Of a stretch of DNA of 34,492 nt, positions 23,387-30,834 are shown one piece after another. The first letter of the stretch is position 1; every line of letters starts with the position of its first letter. Origin of the DNA: an uncultured archaeon (GTDB lineage: Archaea > Aenigmatarchaeota > Aenigmatarchaeia > GW2011-AR5). The stretch spans positions 1 to 34,492 of the forward strand of contig CAYJRV010000001.1 of NCBI GenBank assembly GCA_964372695.1. Direction: 5' to 3'. The notes below the pieces were generated by a model. The model was not told the origin of the DNA and made no database searches. It saw only the letters and a program-made list of their open reading frames with translations. Both the position numbers and the translations under genes were made by a program.

Positions 23387-23806
23387 TCACAATTCCGAGA
23401 AAGGTTTTGTCACAGTGCGCTTAAGCCTGAACAGCTTCTTGAGCCGCATTATTTCTTTTTCCCTTCCGTCAAGAATCACAAAGTTGCCCATTTCCATCGA
23501 ATTAAATGAAATTTTTGTACTGCCTAATTTGTAAACACTTCTCCTGTTTGTCAGCTTTTTCCTTATTATAGAGCTTTCCAGAAGTTTTGCGTAGTGACCC
23601 TTGGTTATTTTCCTATGCTTAAGCCTGAAGAATCTCCCGCGCTTCCCGATTGCCACCAAATAGTGCCTTCCGTTGCGTTTTGTAAGCTTTTTGCCGTTTT
23701 CCAGATATGCATAGTGCTCGGTAAATCTTCCCTGAAAGGCAGCGCCTGATTTCTCCAGTGCTGCCCTTATTCCGCTGAAATTGGTGATTTTGAATTTTAA
23801 TTCCAT
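23387..23806 (-). CDS. Degenerate CYTH-like (class IV adenylate cyclase / triphosphate tunnel) domain protein, very basic
   Basis: MELKFKI...GAAF...FTEHYAYLE...RRSVYKLGSTKISFNSMEMGNFVILDG follows the CyaB-like pattern MEVEIKF...Q.D.YF...KKR..Y.l....v.lD.v..lG.FveiE. Most acidic residues are replaced. The start is set at the internal ATG at 23806, and the upstream extension overlaps rpl12. Confidence 0.5.
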   Translation of the reverse strand: MELKFKITNFSGIRAALEKSGAAFQGRFTEHYAYLENGKKLTKRNGRHYLVAIGKRGRFFRLKHRKITKGHYAKLLESSIIRKKLTNRRSVYKLGSTKISFNSMEMGNFVILDGREKEIMRLKKLFRLKRTVTKPFSEL

Positions 23807-23852
23807 ATCTATAGTTACAAAAACAAAATTTAAATGAAAAGAAAAGAAAAAA

Positions 23853-24158
23853 TTAACCGAACAAAGCTGACAGTCCGGCTGCAGCTTCCTCTGCCTTCTT
23901 CTCCTGCTCTTCCTCGCTCGGCTTGTCTTCCTTCTTCTCAGCTGTTGGCGTTGTTCCGGCAGCGGGTGCTGCAACAGCCATGGGCATGGCGGCCTTGCTG
24001 ATAACTTCCTCTATTTTGACGCCATCCAGTGCGGCGACGAGTGCCCTGACTTTTGATTCGTCAGGCTGCTCAACAGCCGATACGACTTTTTTTACGTTCT
24101 CCTCGTTTATTTCCTTGCCTGCCGAGTGAAGGAGCAGTGCCGAATATATGTAGTTCAT
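23853..24158 (-). CDS. rpl12: Ribosomal stalk protein P1 (L12e)
   Basis: [22 protein letters not shown]..., an Ala/Pro hinge, an acidic region and the conserved tail [15 protein letters not shown] precedes the ATG at 24158. Confidence 0.92.
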   Translation of the reverse strand: MNYIYSALLLHSAGKEINEENVKKVVSAVEQPDESKVRALVAALDGVKIEEVISKAAMPMAVAAPAAGTTPTAEKKEDKPSEEEQEKKAEEAAAGLSALFG

Positions 24159-24196
24159 TTTTTTACCTCCTTCGTTGATCATCTTTGTAATGCACG

Positions 24197-25117
24197 TTAC
24201 TGTGCATTATTTTCTTCAGTATGTTTGACTTCCTTATTATCCTGCTGGTCGCTTTCACTGGCGTCAGCGATATTTTTGCCATCACCCAGAGGGCCTACTT
24301 TTCCTTCGAGGGCCTTTGCCTGCCTTATAGCCTTTGCGAGCACGTCATCGATGAAATCTTTTTCCATGGTATCCGTCTCTATGGCCAGAGACCGTGCTTC
24401 CATGAATACCTTCTGGATGGCGATCTCTGCGGTGAACTTTGTTATGTACCCAGTATTGAGTGAAAGGTTGACGGCCTGATGCACTGCAGCCTGAAGGTTG
24501 CTGATGTACTTGGACTGGTCAATATCGAGCACGTCTTTGCCGTAAATTACTCCTTCCTCGTAGGCAGCCACTAGATCCAGTCCGATCTCCATGGGCTCTA
24601 TCTTAAGCAGGTTCAGCACAGATGCGAGATCTTCACTGACAGCTTCACCAGCTTTGCAAACTACCTTGTCCTGCAAGACTGCTATCTTACCGCCCTGGAC
24701 GTTCGCCTTCAAGCCAACTTTCTGCAGTGTCGATATGGCCGGGCCAGGCGGCAGCGAAGTCGGCCCCTGCTGTATTATTATATCCTTTGGTGCGATATCT
24801 CCTGGCTTTGCGGCAGCCGGTGTTCTGCTGTCTTTCAGTATTTTATAGAGTCTGAAAGGATTTTCGTTGCTGAAGAGCAATGCCGGCTCCATTTTGATGC
24901 CGTCAAGTCTTCCATGGAGTTCCTTCTTACCCTCGAGTGATCTTTTCATTACCGTCTTCTTCGACATCCTTATTGTGGCCTTGCCCCTGAGGCTCTCCCT
25001 TATCTGCTGCAACTGCTTTGTTGGGAGCTTGTGCATGTTAAGTATCCCTATCACCTTATGGCTACTGGCAAGCTCTCTTATTTCCCTGACTTCTAACGGC
25101 TTTTCTGTCTTGAGCAT
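24197..25117 (-). CDS. rplP0: Ribosomal protein uL10 (P0)
   Basis: The N-terminal L10 domain and the archaeal/eukaryal P0 insertion are present ([24 protein letters not shown]...). It sits between rpl1 and rpl12. Confidence 0.9.
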   Translation of the reverse strand: MLKTEKPLEVREIRELASSHKVIGILNMHKLPTKQLQQIRESLRGKATIRMSKKTVMKRSLEGKKELHGRLDGIKMEPALLFSNENPFRLYKILKDSRTPAAAKPGDIAPKDIIIQQGPTSLPPGPAISTLQKVGLKANVQGGKIAVLQDKVVCKAGEAVSEDLASVLNLLKIEPMEIGLDLVAAYEEGVIYGKDVLDIDQSKYISNLQAAVHQAVNLSLNTGYITKFTAEIAIQKVFMEARSLAIETDTMEKDFIDDVLAKAIRQAKALEGKVGPLGDGKNIADASESDQQDNKEVKHTEENNAQ

Positions 25118-25119
25118 GG

Positions 25120-25731
25120 TTACACCTTGAGTTTAACTGGCTTAGTCATTGTGAATTTCAGGTAAATATTCTTGATCTGCGCTTTGCCTGGCATCGATTT
25201 CTTCACCTCTTCTATAACGCGCTCGGCATTCTCCTTGAGCTGCTGGTCTGTCATCGCTTCCGTGCCCACAGTAACCTGTATGCTCGGCGAATCCCTGACG
25301 CGGATGCGCACAGAGTTCTTCGTCTCGTTTATCAGAGACGTCGGGTCCCTGTTTGGTGGCAGCAATTTTGGCATCTTCCCCTTTGGCGCCAGGTAGCGTC
25401 CGAGTGCCTTACCAACCAGGGGCATGAGAGGCGCCTCGCAGAGATAGAAATCATACTTCTTGACAAACTTTTTCATTTTCTGCTTGTCCCTTTCCATCTC
25501 TTCAATCTCACTCTTGCCCGTCCCGGCAGCTTCTGAAATAATGCAAACTTCGATATCTTTGCCGCGGCCGTGAGGCAGCATCACTTCCTTGGAGAACTTG
25601 TTCTCGGGCCTTTTGAGGTCTATACTTTTAAGCGTGAAATTAAGGTCAACGGACTGGTTGAAACCTTTTTTCTCGAATGTTCTGAGGTGCTTTAGAGCAG
25701 CCTCTATATTCTGGAACTCATGCGCTTCCAT
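25120..25731 (-). CDS. rpl1: Ribosomal protein uL1
   Basis: FNQSVDLNFTLKSIDLKRPENKF...LPHGRGK is typical of L1. AGGAGG precedes the ATG at 25731 by 8 nt. Confidence 0.92.
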   Translation of the reverse strand: MEAHEFQNIEAALKHLRTFEKKGFNQSVDLNFTLKSIDLKRPENKFSKEVMLPHGRGKDIEVCIISEAAGTGKSEIEEMERDKQKMKKFVKKYDFYLCEAPLMPLVGKALGRYLAPKGKMPKLLPPNRDPTSLINETKNSVRIRVRDSPSIQVTVGTEAMTDQQLKENAERVIEEVKKSMPGKAQIKNIYLKFTMTKPVKLKV

Positions 25732-25743
25732 CAAAATTCCCTC

Positions 25744-25765
25744 CTACAATGAGAATACATTGTAG
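25744..25765 (-). promoter_or_regulatory. Perfect 8-bp hairpin immediately 5' of the rpl1 Shine-Dalgarno box
   Basis: Plus-strand CTACAATG (25744-25751) pairs with CATTGTAG (25758-25765) across a 6-nt loop. On the mRNA it lies directly 5' of, and partly overlaps, AGGAGG. Confidence 0.35.
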
Positions 25766-25821
25766 TGCGCCTATGGCACGGGATTCAACTGTCTACAGCA
25801 GGAAAGTATTAAAAGGTTTTA

Positions 25822-26298
25822 CTAAACCTCGATTTCTCCGGCATTTATCGCGGCTATAACTTCTTTAGGGTTCTTGCCGTCAACAGTCACGCCGCCGCTC
25901 AGGCACGTGCCGAGAACCTGCTTTATGCGCGCCTTGAGATCTCCTGGCATCTCCTTGTTCCTCGCTATTTCTATAACTGATTTCAGTTTTATGTCCCCCG
26001 GGAGCGTCTTGTTGCCTTCTTTTATGTATGCAAGCTTCTGGACCTTCATTTCTTTTTTGATCATCGCAGAAACAGGCGGCGTCCCCACAGAAACTGTAAA
26101 CTTCTTCGTTTCTATGTCGACTATTATCTTAACAGGAACCTGCATGCCCGCGAAGCTCTTCGTTTTTTCATTTATCTCCCCCACCACTTGGCCTACATTC
26201 ACCTTCAGCTGCGATAGCGCCGGCCCTATCGGCGGAGCTGCAGTTGCCTTGCCGCCCTCAACTAGCACGTCAACGGTTTCTTTTCCCATGATTATCAT
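25822..26298 (-). CDS. rpl11: Ribosomal protein uL11
   Basis: VEGGKATAAPPIGPALSQLKVNVGQVV...VGTPPVSAMIKKE. The ATG at 26298 overlaps the spt5 stop (ATGA), with an alternative ATG at 26289. Confidence 0.92.
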   Translation of the reverse strand: MIIMGKETVDVLVEGGKATAAPPIGPALSQLKVNVGQVVGEINEKTKSFAGMQVPVKIIVDIETKKFTVSVGTPPVSAMIKKEMKVQKLAYIKEGNKTLPGDIKLKSVIEIARNKEMPGDLKARIKQVLGTCLSGGVTVDGKNPKEVIAAINAGEIEV

Positions 26299-26732
26299 CC
26301 TTTCTTCTTTTCAAGCCTGACGGAATTCATGGATATGGTTACAGGTATAGGTATTGCGGCTTCCAGGAATTCTACTGTAATTTCACTTTTTGTCTCGTCC
26401 ACCCGTGTGATTTTTGCCTTTTCGCCCTTGAACGGTGACCCGATAATCTCAACAATGTCGCCAACCTCGAGCTTGATCTCGCTTTTCTCGGGGACGAGAA
26501 ATCTTTCAATGTCACTCATTTTCACTTCCTTATTTATCAGTCCGCGTATGTGAGGTATACCTCTCATTGCAGTTTCTATTGCTTCTGTATCGCCTTCAAC
26601 GAATACATAGCCTCTCAGGTCTTCAGGGTGGAAGAGCGATTTGACTGGTATGTTTTCGCTCTTGACTCTCGACATTATGGACTCGATAACCACATTTTCC
26701 CTTCCAGTTGTGGTTCTTATGGTTAGCATCAT
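26295..26732 (-). CDS. spt5: Transcription elongation factor Spt5 (NusG)
   Basis: NGN domain (MMLTIRTTTGRENVV...GYVFVEGD) and KOW motif (GDIVEIIGSPFKGEKAKITRVD). The true start is the ATG at 26732, which overlaps the secE stop (TAATG). Confidence 0.9.
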   Translation of the reverse strand: MMLTIRTTTGRENVVIESIMSRVKSENIPVKSLFHPEDLRGYVFVEGDTEAIETAMRGIPHIRGLINKEVKMSDIERFLVPEKSEIKLEVGDIVEIIGSPFKGEKAKITRVDETKSEITVEFLEAAIPIPVTISMNSVRLEKKKG

Positions 26733-26911
26733 TATAGGCCGGCCCCCTGCGTCAAAAGCTGGATGGTAATGAATATGGCAAACCCTATTACGCCTATAAT
26801 TACGAAACCGAGACCCGTGATCTTTGCCGACTGCCTGAACTCCGTCTTGTCGGGCTTGCTTGCGATCAGAAGAACGCGCCTCATGCGTTCTATTGTGATC
26901 TTTATACTCAT
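26732..26911 (-). CDS. secE: Protein translocase subunit SecE (Sec61 gamma)
   Basis: This 59-aa ORF is not listed in the track because it is under 60 aa. The peptide is MSIKITIERMRRVLLIASKPDKTEFRQSAKITGLGFVIIGVIGFAIFITIQLLTQGAGL. It has the KP..EF motif plus a single TM, and occupies the canonical position upstream of spt5. Confidence 0.8.
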   Translation of the reverse strand: MSIKITIERMRRVLLIASKPDKTEFRQSAKITGLGFVIIGVIGFAIFITIQLLTQGAGL

Positions 26912-27035
26912 AGCTTCTATTTGTATGCGAAATGCTTAAAAACAAAGTAGCCAGCTATAGAGTGTGAATAAGTAATCAACCTATCTATAGCAGAGAGTGA
27001 CCAGAGCTGGGAAATGTCTGCATCTTTAACTTCAA

Positions 27036-28115
27036 TTACCGTTCAATAAAATCTATCCCAAAAATCTTCTCCGATTCTTTCTTCCTTTCTCTCTGCATAG
27101 AAACCGGTTTCGTGAACGGGGAGGATTTTATCCCTGTAACTATCAGCATAGTTCTTACGGAGTCGCCTAGTTCCTTCACTATCTGGGCTCCCCAGATTAT
27201 TTTTGCGTCTGGGTTCAGCCTTGTTGCCACGGCTTCCACAATCTTCTGGCATTCTCTTATTGTTATGTCTACGCCTCCTGAGACGTTGATTAATGCACCA
27301 TTGGCGCCGTCGATTGACACGTCAAGAAGCGGGTTGTTAAGCGCCCTTTCCACAGCTTCGACAGCGCGGTTCTCGCTGTCGCTGTCCCCCATGCCAATCA
27401 TGGCAATGCCGCCATTCGTCATTACAGCTCGTATGTCGGCGAAATCCAGGTTAACTAAGCCTGGTCTTGTCACGAGTTCTGTTATTCCTTTCACGGCATT
27501 TACAAGAATTTCGTCCGCGACCTTGAAAGCCGTGGCAAGGGATACATCCGGAACTATCTCGAGCAGCTTGTCATTTGGTATAACTATCAGTGTGTCCACG
27601 TTCTTTTCCAGCCTCTCGAGACCGCCACGCGCATTGTCCATCCTGCTTTTTCCTTCCATGCTAAAAGGCAGCGTCACTATCCCCACAGTCAGCGCGCCAG
27701 CCTTTTTTGCTATGTCTGCAACTACCGGAGCCGAGCCCGTCCCGGTCCCGCCACCAAGGCCGCATGTAACGAATACGAGATCGCAGTTCTCCAGGACTTT
27801 CTTCAGGTCGTTCTTGCTCTCCTTTGCAGATTCCTCTCCTATGCGGGGATCTGCGCCAGCTCCCAGGCCGCCTGTTATCTCCTTTCCTATGAGTATCTTG
27901 ATGTCGGCATCCGTGTACAGGAGGTCCTGCGCATCCGTGTTGATTGCTATGGCTTCCGCACCCACTATGCCGACCTGCATTAAGCGAGAAATAGTGTTTC
28001 CGCCGGCTCCGCCGCAGCCTATGACCTTTATCTCCGCCTTCTTCGATTCCAGTATCTTTCTAAGCTCTTCATCTGCCGGAGAAGTACCGGCTTCCTTACC
28101 AGTTAGAATACCCAT
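27036..28115 (-). CDS. ftsZ: Cell division GTPase FtsZ
   Basis: GCGGAGGNTISRL, the tubulin signature GLGGGTGTGSAPVVA, and the T7 loop region NLDFADI. Confidence 0.95.
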   Translation of the reverse strand: MGILTGKEAGTSPADEELRKILESKKAEIKVIGCGGAGGNTISRLMQVGIVGAEAIAINTDAQDLLYTDADIKILIGKEITGGLGAGADPRIGEESAKESKNDLKKVLENCDLVFVTCGLGGGTGTGSAPVVADIAKKAGALTVGIVTLPFSMEGKSRMDNARGGLERLEKNVDTLIVIPNDKLLEIVPDVSLATAFKVADEILVNAVKGITELVTRPGLVNLDFADIRAVMTNGGIAMIGMGDSDSENRAVEAVERALNNPLLDVSIDGANGALINVSGGVDITIRECQKIVEAVATRLNPDAKIIWGAQIVKELGDSVRTMLIVTGIKSSPFTKPVSMQRERKKESEKIFGIDFIER

Positions 28116-28282
28116 TTATGACCACCTTGCTGGCTATACTAAGCGTCTCAAATATTTAAAGATTCCAAGATCTTTAGTGTCATTTTTATAATAATAGTAG
28201 TAGTAGAAGATGTAATGCATGCGTAATTATTCATCTTGCCGCGCAGGAAAACTATAAATATAGTAGTAGTAATAGTAGTACA

Positions 28283-28405
28283 ATGAAACTGAAATGCCTC
28301 CACTGCTCTCATGTGTGGGAAACAAAAAAAGACAGGGTGCCAAGCGCCTGCCCTCACTGCAAGTACTCCACATACTACCACCAGCCGCTTGTCATTAAGA
28401 AATAG
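28283..28405 (+). CDS. Possible 40-aa zinc-ribbon protein
   Basis: MKLKCLHCSHVWETKKDRVPSACPHCKYSTYYHQPLVIKK carries CxxC-x17-CxxC. A TATA-like ACTATAAATA is centred ~27 nt upstream of the ATG. It is divergent from ftsZ. Confidence 0.45.
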   Translation: MKLKCLHCSHVWETKKDRVPSACPHCKYSTYYHQPLVIKK

Positions 28406-28414
28406 GCATCGGAC

Positions 28415-29065
28415 TCACTTTGGCTGTTTCTTTATGTAGCTGTCGATAAAGCTCACTTTTTCTATTCCTTCTATGTTTTCAATAATAAGCCCGCTTATTC
28501 TCCCCTTGAGCTGCTCCGGAACTTTGAGCATAATTTCTACTCCCTTTTCGGTAATTCTGACATCGGCATTATGCGCTCCAAAGAACTCCATTATTGCCTT
28601 GACTTTTTCTTCGGGCTCTTTTATCTCCCCTGTTATTTCTATATCGTATTTCAGCGTCTTGCCGGCAAGCGGGTTGTTGAAGTCAACCCTGATTCTTCCG
28701 GCTTCAACGCTCTGTATCCTGCCCTTCATGCCGGAGAAATCGACAACCATGCCAGGCTTCGGGTCCAGCTTGCCTTCAAAAACCTTCTTTGGAACTACTC
28801 TCACGAGCTTCGGGTCTCTTTGGCCGAAGCCTTCTTCCGGCTTCACTTCTATTGACTTCTTGTCGCCTACCTTCATTTCATGAAGCGCTTTGTCAAGGCC
28901 CGGAATCAAGAACCCGGCACCGACTATAACAGGAACAGGCTTGTATTTTACATGTTCGTTGTAGACGCCCTCTTTCTTGGCAACTTCTGCATCTGTCAGG
29001 TCGAATATCTCGCCGCTCTCCAGGCGGCCTATGTAATTTACCCGCACGAATTCCCCGTTTTCCAT
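28415..29065 (-). CDS. FKBP-type peptidyl-prolyl cis-trans isomerase (archaeal long type with IF insert)
   Basis: VRVNYIGRLESGEIFD..., GFLIPGLDKALHEMKVGDKK, ...AGKTLKYDIEI, plus a C-terminal extension. Confidence 0.9.
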   Translation of the reverse strand: MENGEFVRVNYIGRLESGEIFDLTDAEVAKKEGVYNEHVKYKPVPVIVGAGFLIPGLDKALHEMKVGDKKSIEVKPEEGFGQRDPKLVRVVPKKVFEGKLDPKPGMVVDFSGMKGRIQSVEAGRIRVDFNNPLAGKTLKYDIEITGEIKEPEEKVKAIMEFFGAHNADVRITEKGVEIMLKVPEQLKGRISGLIIENIEGIEKVSFIDSYIKKQPK

Positions 29066-29262
29066 CTTCGAGATTCAACTCCGCTGCAATTTCACTAAGA
29101 CTAAAGGAAGCCAAGGTTTATAAAACTAAAACCAATTACGCTGAGGCTTCGTATGAAATGCGCTCCTCCCAGGTGTCACGCTTTTAAAGATTTTTGTCAC
29201 TATTTAGTATTGAAATTGGGGTGTAAATGTAATGGAAAGAAAAAGTAAGGCGCTAAACAACT

Positions 29263-29469
29263 ATGCTGTTGGTGTCAGCAGCTACATCCAGTTTTGTGTT
29301 AAACAGACATATTAAAAATATCAAGCAGAATTTAGAACCTGATGCCGTGTATATTGGAATTGGACCGGGCATGGAATATAAAGACACAGATGGTAACGGA
29401 AAACTTGAATCCTATAGAATAGTAATGGGACCAGGAACTTATCAAGAGTACAAAGTCGTTAAAAAATAA
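29263..29469 (+). CDS. Hypothetical small protein
   Basis: 68-aa ORF, AT-rich, with no motif. Confidence 0.35.
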   Translation: MLLVSAATSSFVLNRHIKNIKQNLEPDAVYIGIGPGMEYKDTDGNGKLESYRIVMGPGTYQEYKVVKK

Positions 29470-29489
29470 TTAATTGAGGCGCGATAAAA

Positions 29490-29777
29490 ATGCTGTTCAA
29501 GACGACGGAAGACTGGAAACAGTTTCTCGCACCGGAAGACGAGGCCAAGCTGAACGATATCCTCCGTAAGGTGCAGAAGCACAGGTCCGCCTACAGGCAG
29601 GCTTCCGATATAAAGACAGCCCAGCTGTGGGTTGCCCTGTTAGAGACGAGAAAGGAAAACCAGGCTCTGCTCAGGAAGCTGCAGCGCATCGAGTTCATCT
29701 TCGACGGCATGGTGGAGCGCATCAAGAAGCAGCAGCAGGAAGATCGCGAGCTCGTAGAGAGCTTGGAGAAGTTCTGA
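29490..29777 (+). CDS. Hypothetical helical/coiled-coil protein
   Basis: 95 aa, with a GAGG box upstream. It is charged and helical (…LRKLQRIEFIFDGMVERIKKQQQEDRELVESLEKF). Its last 17 codons are duplicated 309 bp downstream. Confidence 0.55.
   Translation: MLFKTTEDWKQFLAPEDEAKLNDILRKVQKHRSAYRQASDIKTAQLWVALLETRKENQALLRKLQRIEFIFDGMVERIKKQQQEDRELVESLEKF
29723..29775 (+). repeat. 53-bp direct repeat, copy 1 (the 3' coding end of the 95-aa gene)
   Basis: 47 of 53 positions are identical to 30032-30084. All differences fall in a central decamer. Confidence 0.9.
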
Positions 29778-29794
29778 GATAAAGTTGGGAAGAT

Positions 29795-30055
29795 ATGCTG
29801 AAAAAAATTGCAGCCGGAATTGCCATTATGGCAGCGCTTGGTTATGGTACTTACTGGACTGCAACATATAGCGATACTTACAGAACGGCAGACGGAATGA
29901 AATATGTCGAGTACCACAGGGGCCCAAAAAAAGGTACAACTTGCATGTATCCTTCTCACGATAACTGGAATCAGTTCCCGATTATATGCGCAGATACCAA
30001 TATCATGATAAGAACATCTAATTATCGTAAACAAGAAGCAGCAGCAGGAAGATAA
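29795..30055 (+). CDS. Hypothetical small secreted or membrane-anchored protein
   Basis: N-terminal hydrophobic segment MLKKIAAGIAIMAALGYGTYW, and two Cys. It lies entirely between the two 53-bp repeat copies except for its last codons. Confidence 0.45.
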   Translation: MLKKIAAGIAIMAALGYGTYWTATYSDTYRTADGMKYVEYHRGPKKGTTCMYPSHDNWNQFPIICADTNIMIRTSNYRKQEAAAGR

Positions 30056-30084
30056 GGAATTCATAGAGAGCTTGGAGAAGTTCT
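30032..30084 (+). repeat. 53-bp direct repeat, copy 2 (orphan coding-end relic)
   Basis: It reads NKKQQQEDKEFIESLEKF-stop in a frame closed by stops at 30006-30011, so it is not attached to a gene body. Confidence 0.9.
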
Positions 30085-30097
30085 AGAGGCAAAGAAT

Positions 30098-30793
30098 ATG
30101 CAGAGAGTACAGATACAGGAATTCTATGTGCCAGCTGGCGTGGCCAAGGGAAATGTAGTAATGCCGCAGATGTTCATGTCTGACGTACTCCTGGTACAAA
30201 GAGCAGGAGATGGCGAAGGCAAAAAATACCTGAGGGCGTGCGAATATGGATTTTGGAGCAGGCCGACTCTTGCAGAACTGACGCACGGCTTTTTTGGCAA
30301 ATACCTCAATGGAAAATTCATAAGCCGGGGGCTACGAGAAAACATCCTTGAAGCGCGAGATGCAGAATGGCTTGCAACGTATGCCATAAAAGAAGGCAGA
30401 AAAAACAGGATCATCAGTAACCCGGCAAGCGTGTATCAGGCAAAAAGCGGCAGGTGGAAAACAAAAGGCGGCGAAGACGTATTAGTCAGCTATGTTCCTG
30501 AAGGATGGCCGATTGCGCGCGACACGAGAACAGGCTGGCCGCTTGAAATTTCAGAGGAGAAAGAACAGGCAACAGGGGTCTACGGAAATGATGCATCATA
30601 TTTTGTTCCTAATACTGCAGATGGGCAGCTGTCGGCCGTGTTGCGGCTCTTCGACTTCCTCGACAGCGGGCCGTTCTGCGTCGGCGCGTACTGCGTGCCC
30701 GACTACAGGTCTTCGGACATCGGGGGCCGTGCGTGCCGTAGGTTGGAGCAAGATGCGAAGCATCTTGCGACGCCGCTGCAGATTGCTGCATAG
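30098..30793 (+). CDS. Hypothetical protein
   Basis: 231-aa ORF, Trp/Gly/Arg-rich, with no motif I can name. The GC content rises toward the 3' end. Confidence 0.55.
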   Translation: MQRVQIQEFYVPAGVAKGNVVMPQMFMSDVLLVQRAGDGEGKKYLRACEYGFWSRPTLAELTHGFFGKYLNGKFISRGLRENILEARDAEWLATYAIKEGRKNRIISNPASVYQAKSGRWKTKGGEDVLVSYVPEGWPIARDTRTGWPLEISEEKEQATGVYGNDASYFVPNTADGQLSAVLRLFDFLDSGPFCVGAYCVPDYRSSDIGGRACRRLEQDAKHLATPLQIAA

Positions 30794-30834
30794 AACTTAA
30801 AAAATTTCTGAACTTCGCATGAACAGCTATAAAT

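Noticed and set aside
23807-23974. N-terminal 56-aa extension of the CYTH-like ORF ([22 protein letters not shown]...)
   Set aside because: It overlaps the 3' end of rpl12 in another frame and is an Arg-rich artefact. The CYTH-like pattern begins exactly at the internal ATG at 23806.
26295-26945. Single 216-aa ORF spanning spt5 and upstream sequence
   Set aside because: Its first 71 residues are an out-of-frame read-through of secE, Arg/His-rich with no motif. The region actually holds secE (26732-26911, another frame) and spt5 starting at the ATG at 26732.
27112-28191. 359-aa plus-strand ORF exactly antisense to ftsZ
   Set aside because: It is a shadow ORF. The product is Ser/Pro/Thr-rich low complexity with no motif. 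The minus strand carries unmistakable FtsZ signatures (GGGTGTG).

The same reasoning applies to the many antisense ORFs inside the aminopeptidase, alaS, leuS, radA and rpa genes, and to 12222-12821 opposite the wHTH gene.
28190-28281. Two ATAGTAGTAGTA-type (TAG)n tracts flanking a small palindrome (AAGATG...CATCTT), which looked like a microsatellite or mini repeat array
   Set aside because: There are only two short, imperfect tracts with no spacer-repeat regularity. They are most simply AT-rich divergent-promoter spacer DNA between ftsZ and the zinc-ribbon ORF.
28148-28381. 77-aa minus-strand ORF between ftsZ and FKBP
   Set aside because: It has no motif and runs through TAG/CTA trinucleotide tracts. 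The plus strand carries a better-formed CxxC...CxxC mini-ORF with a correctly spaced TATA-like box.
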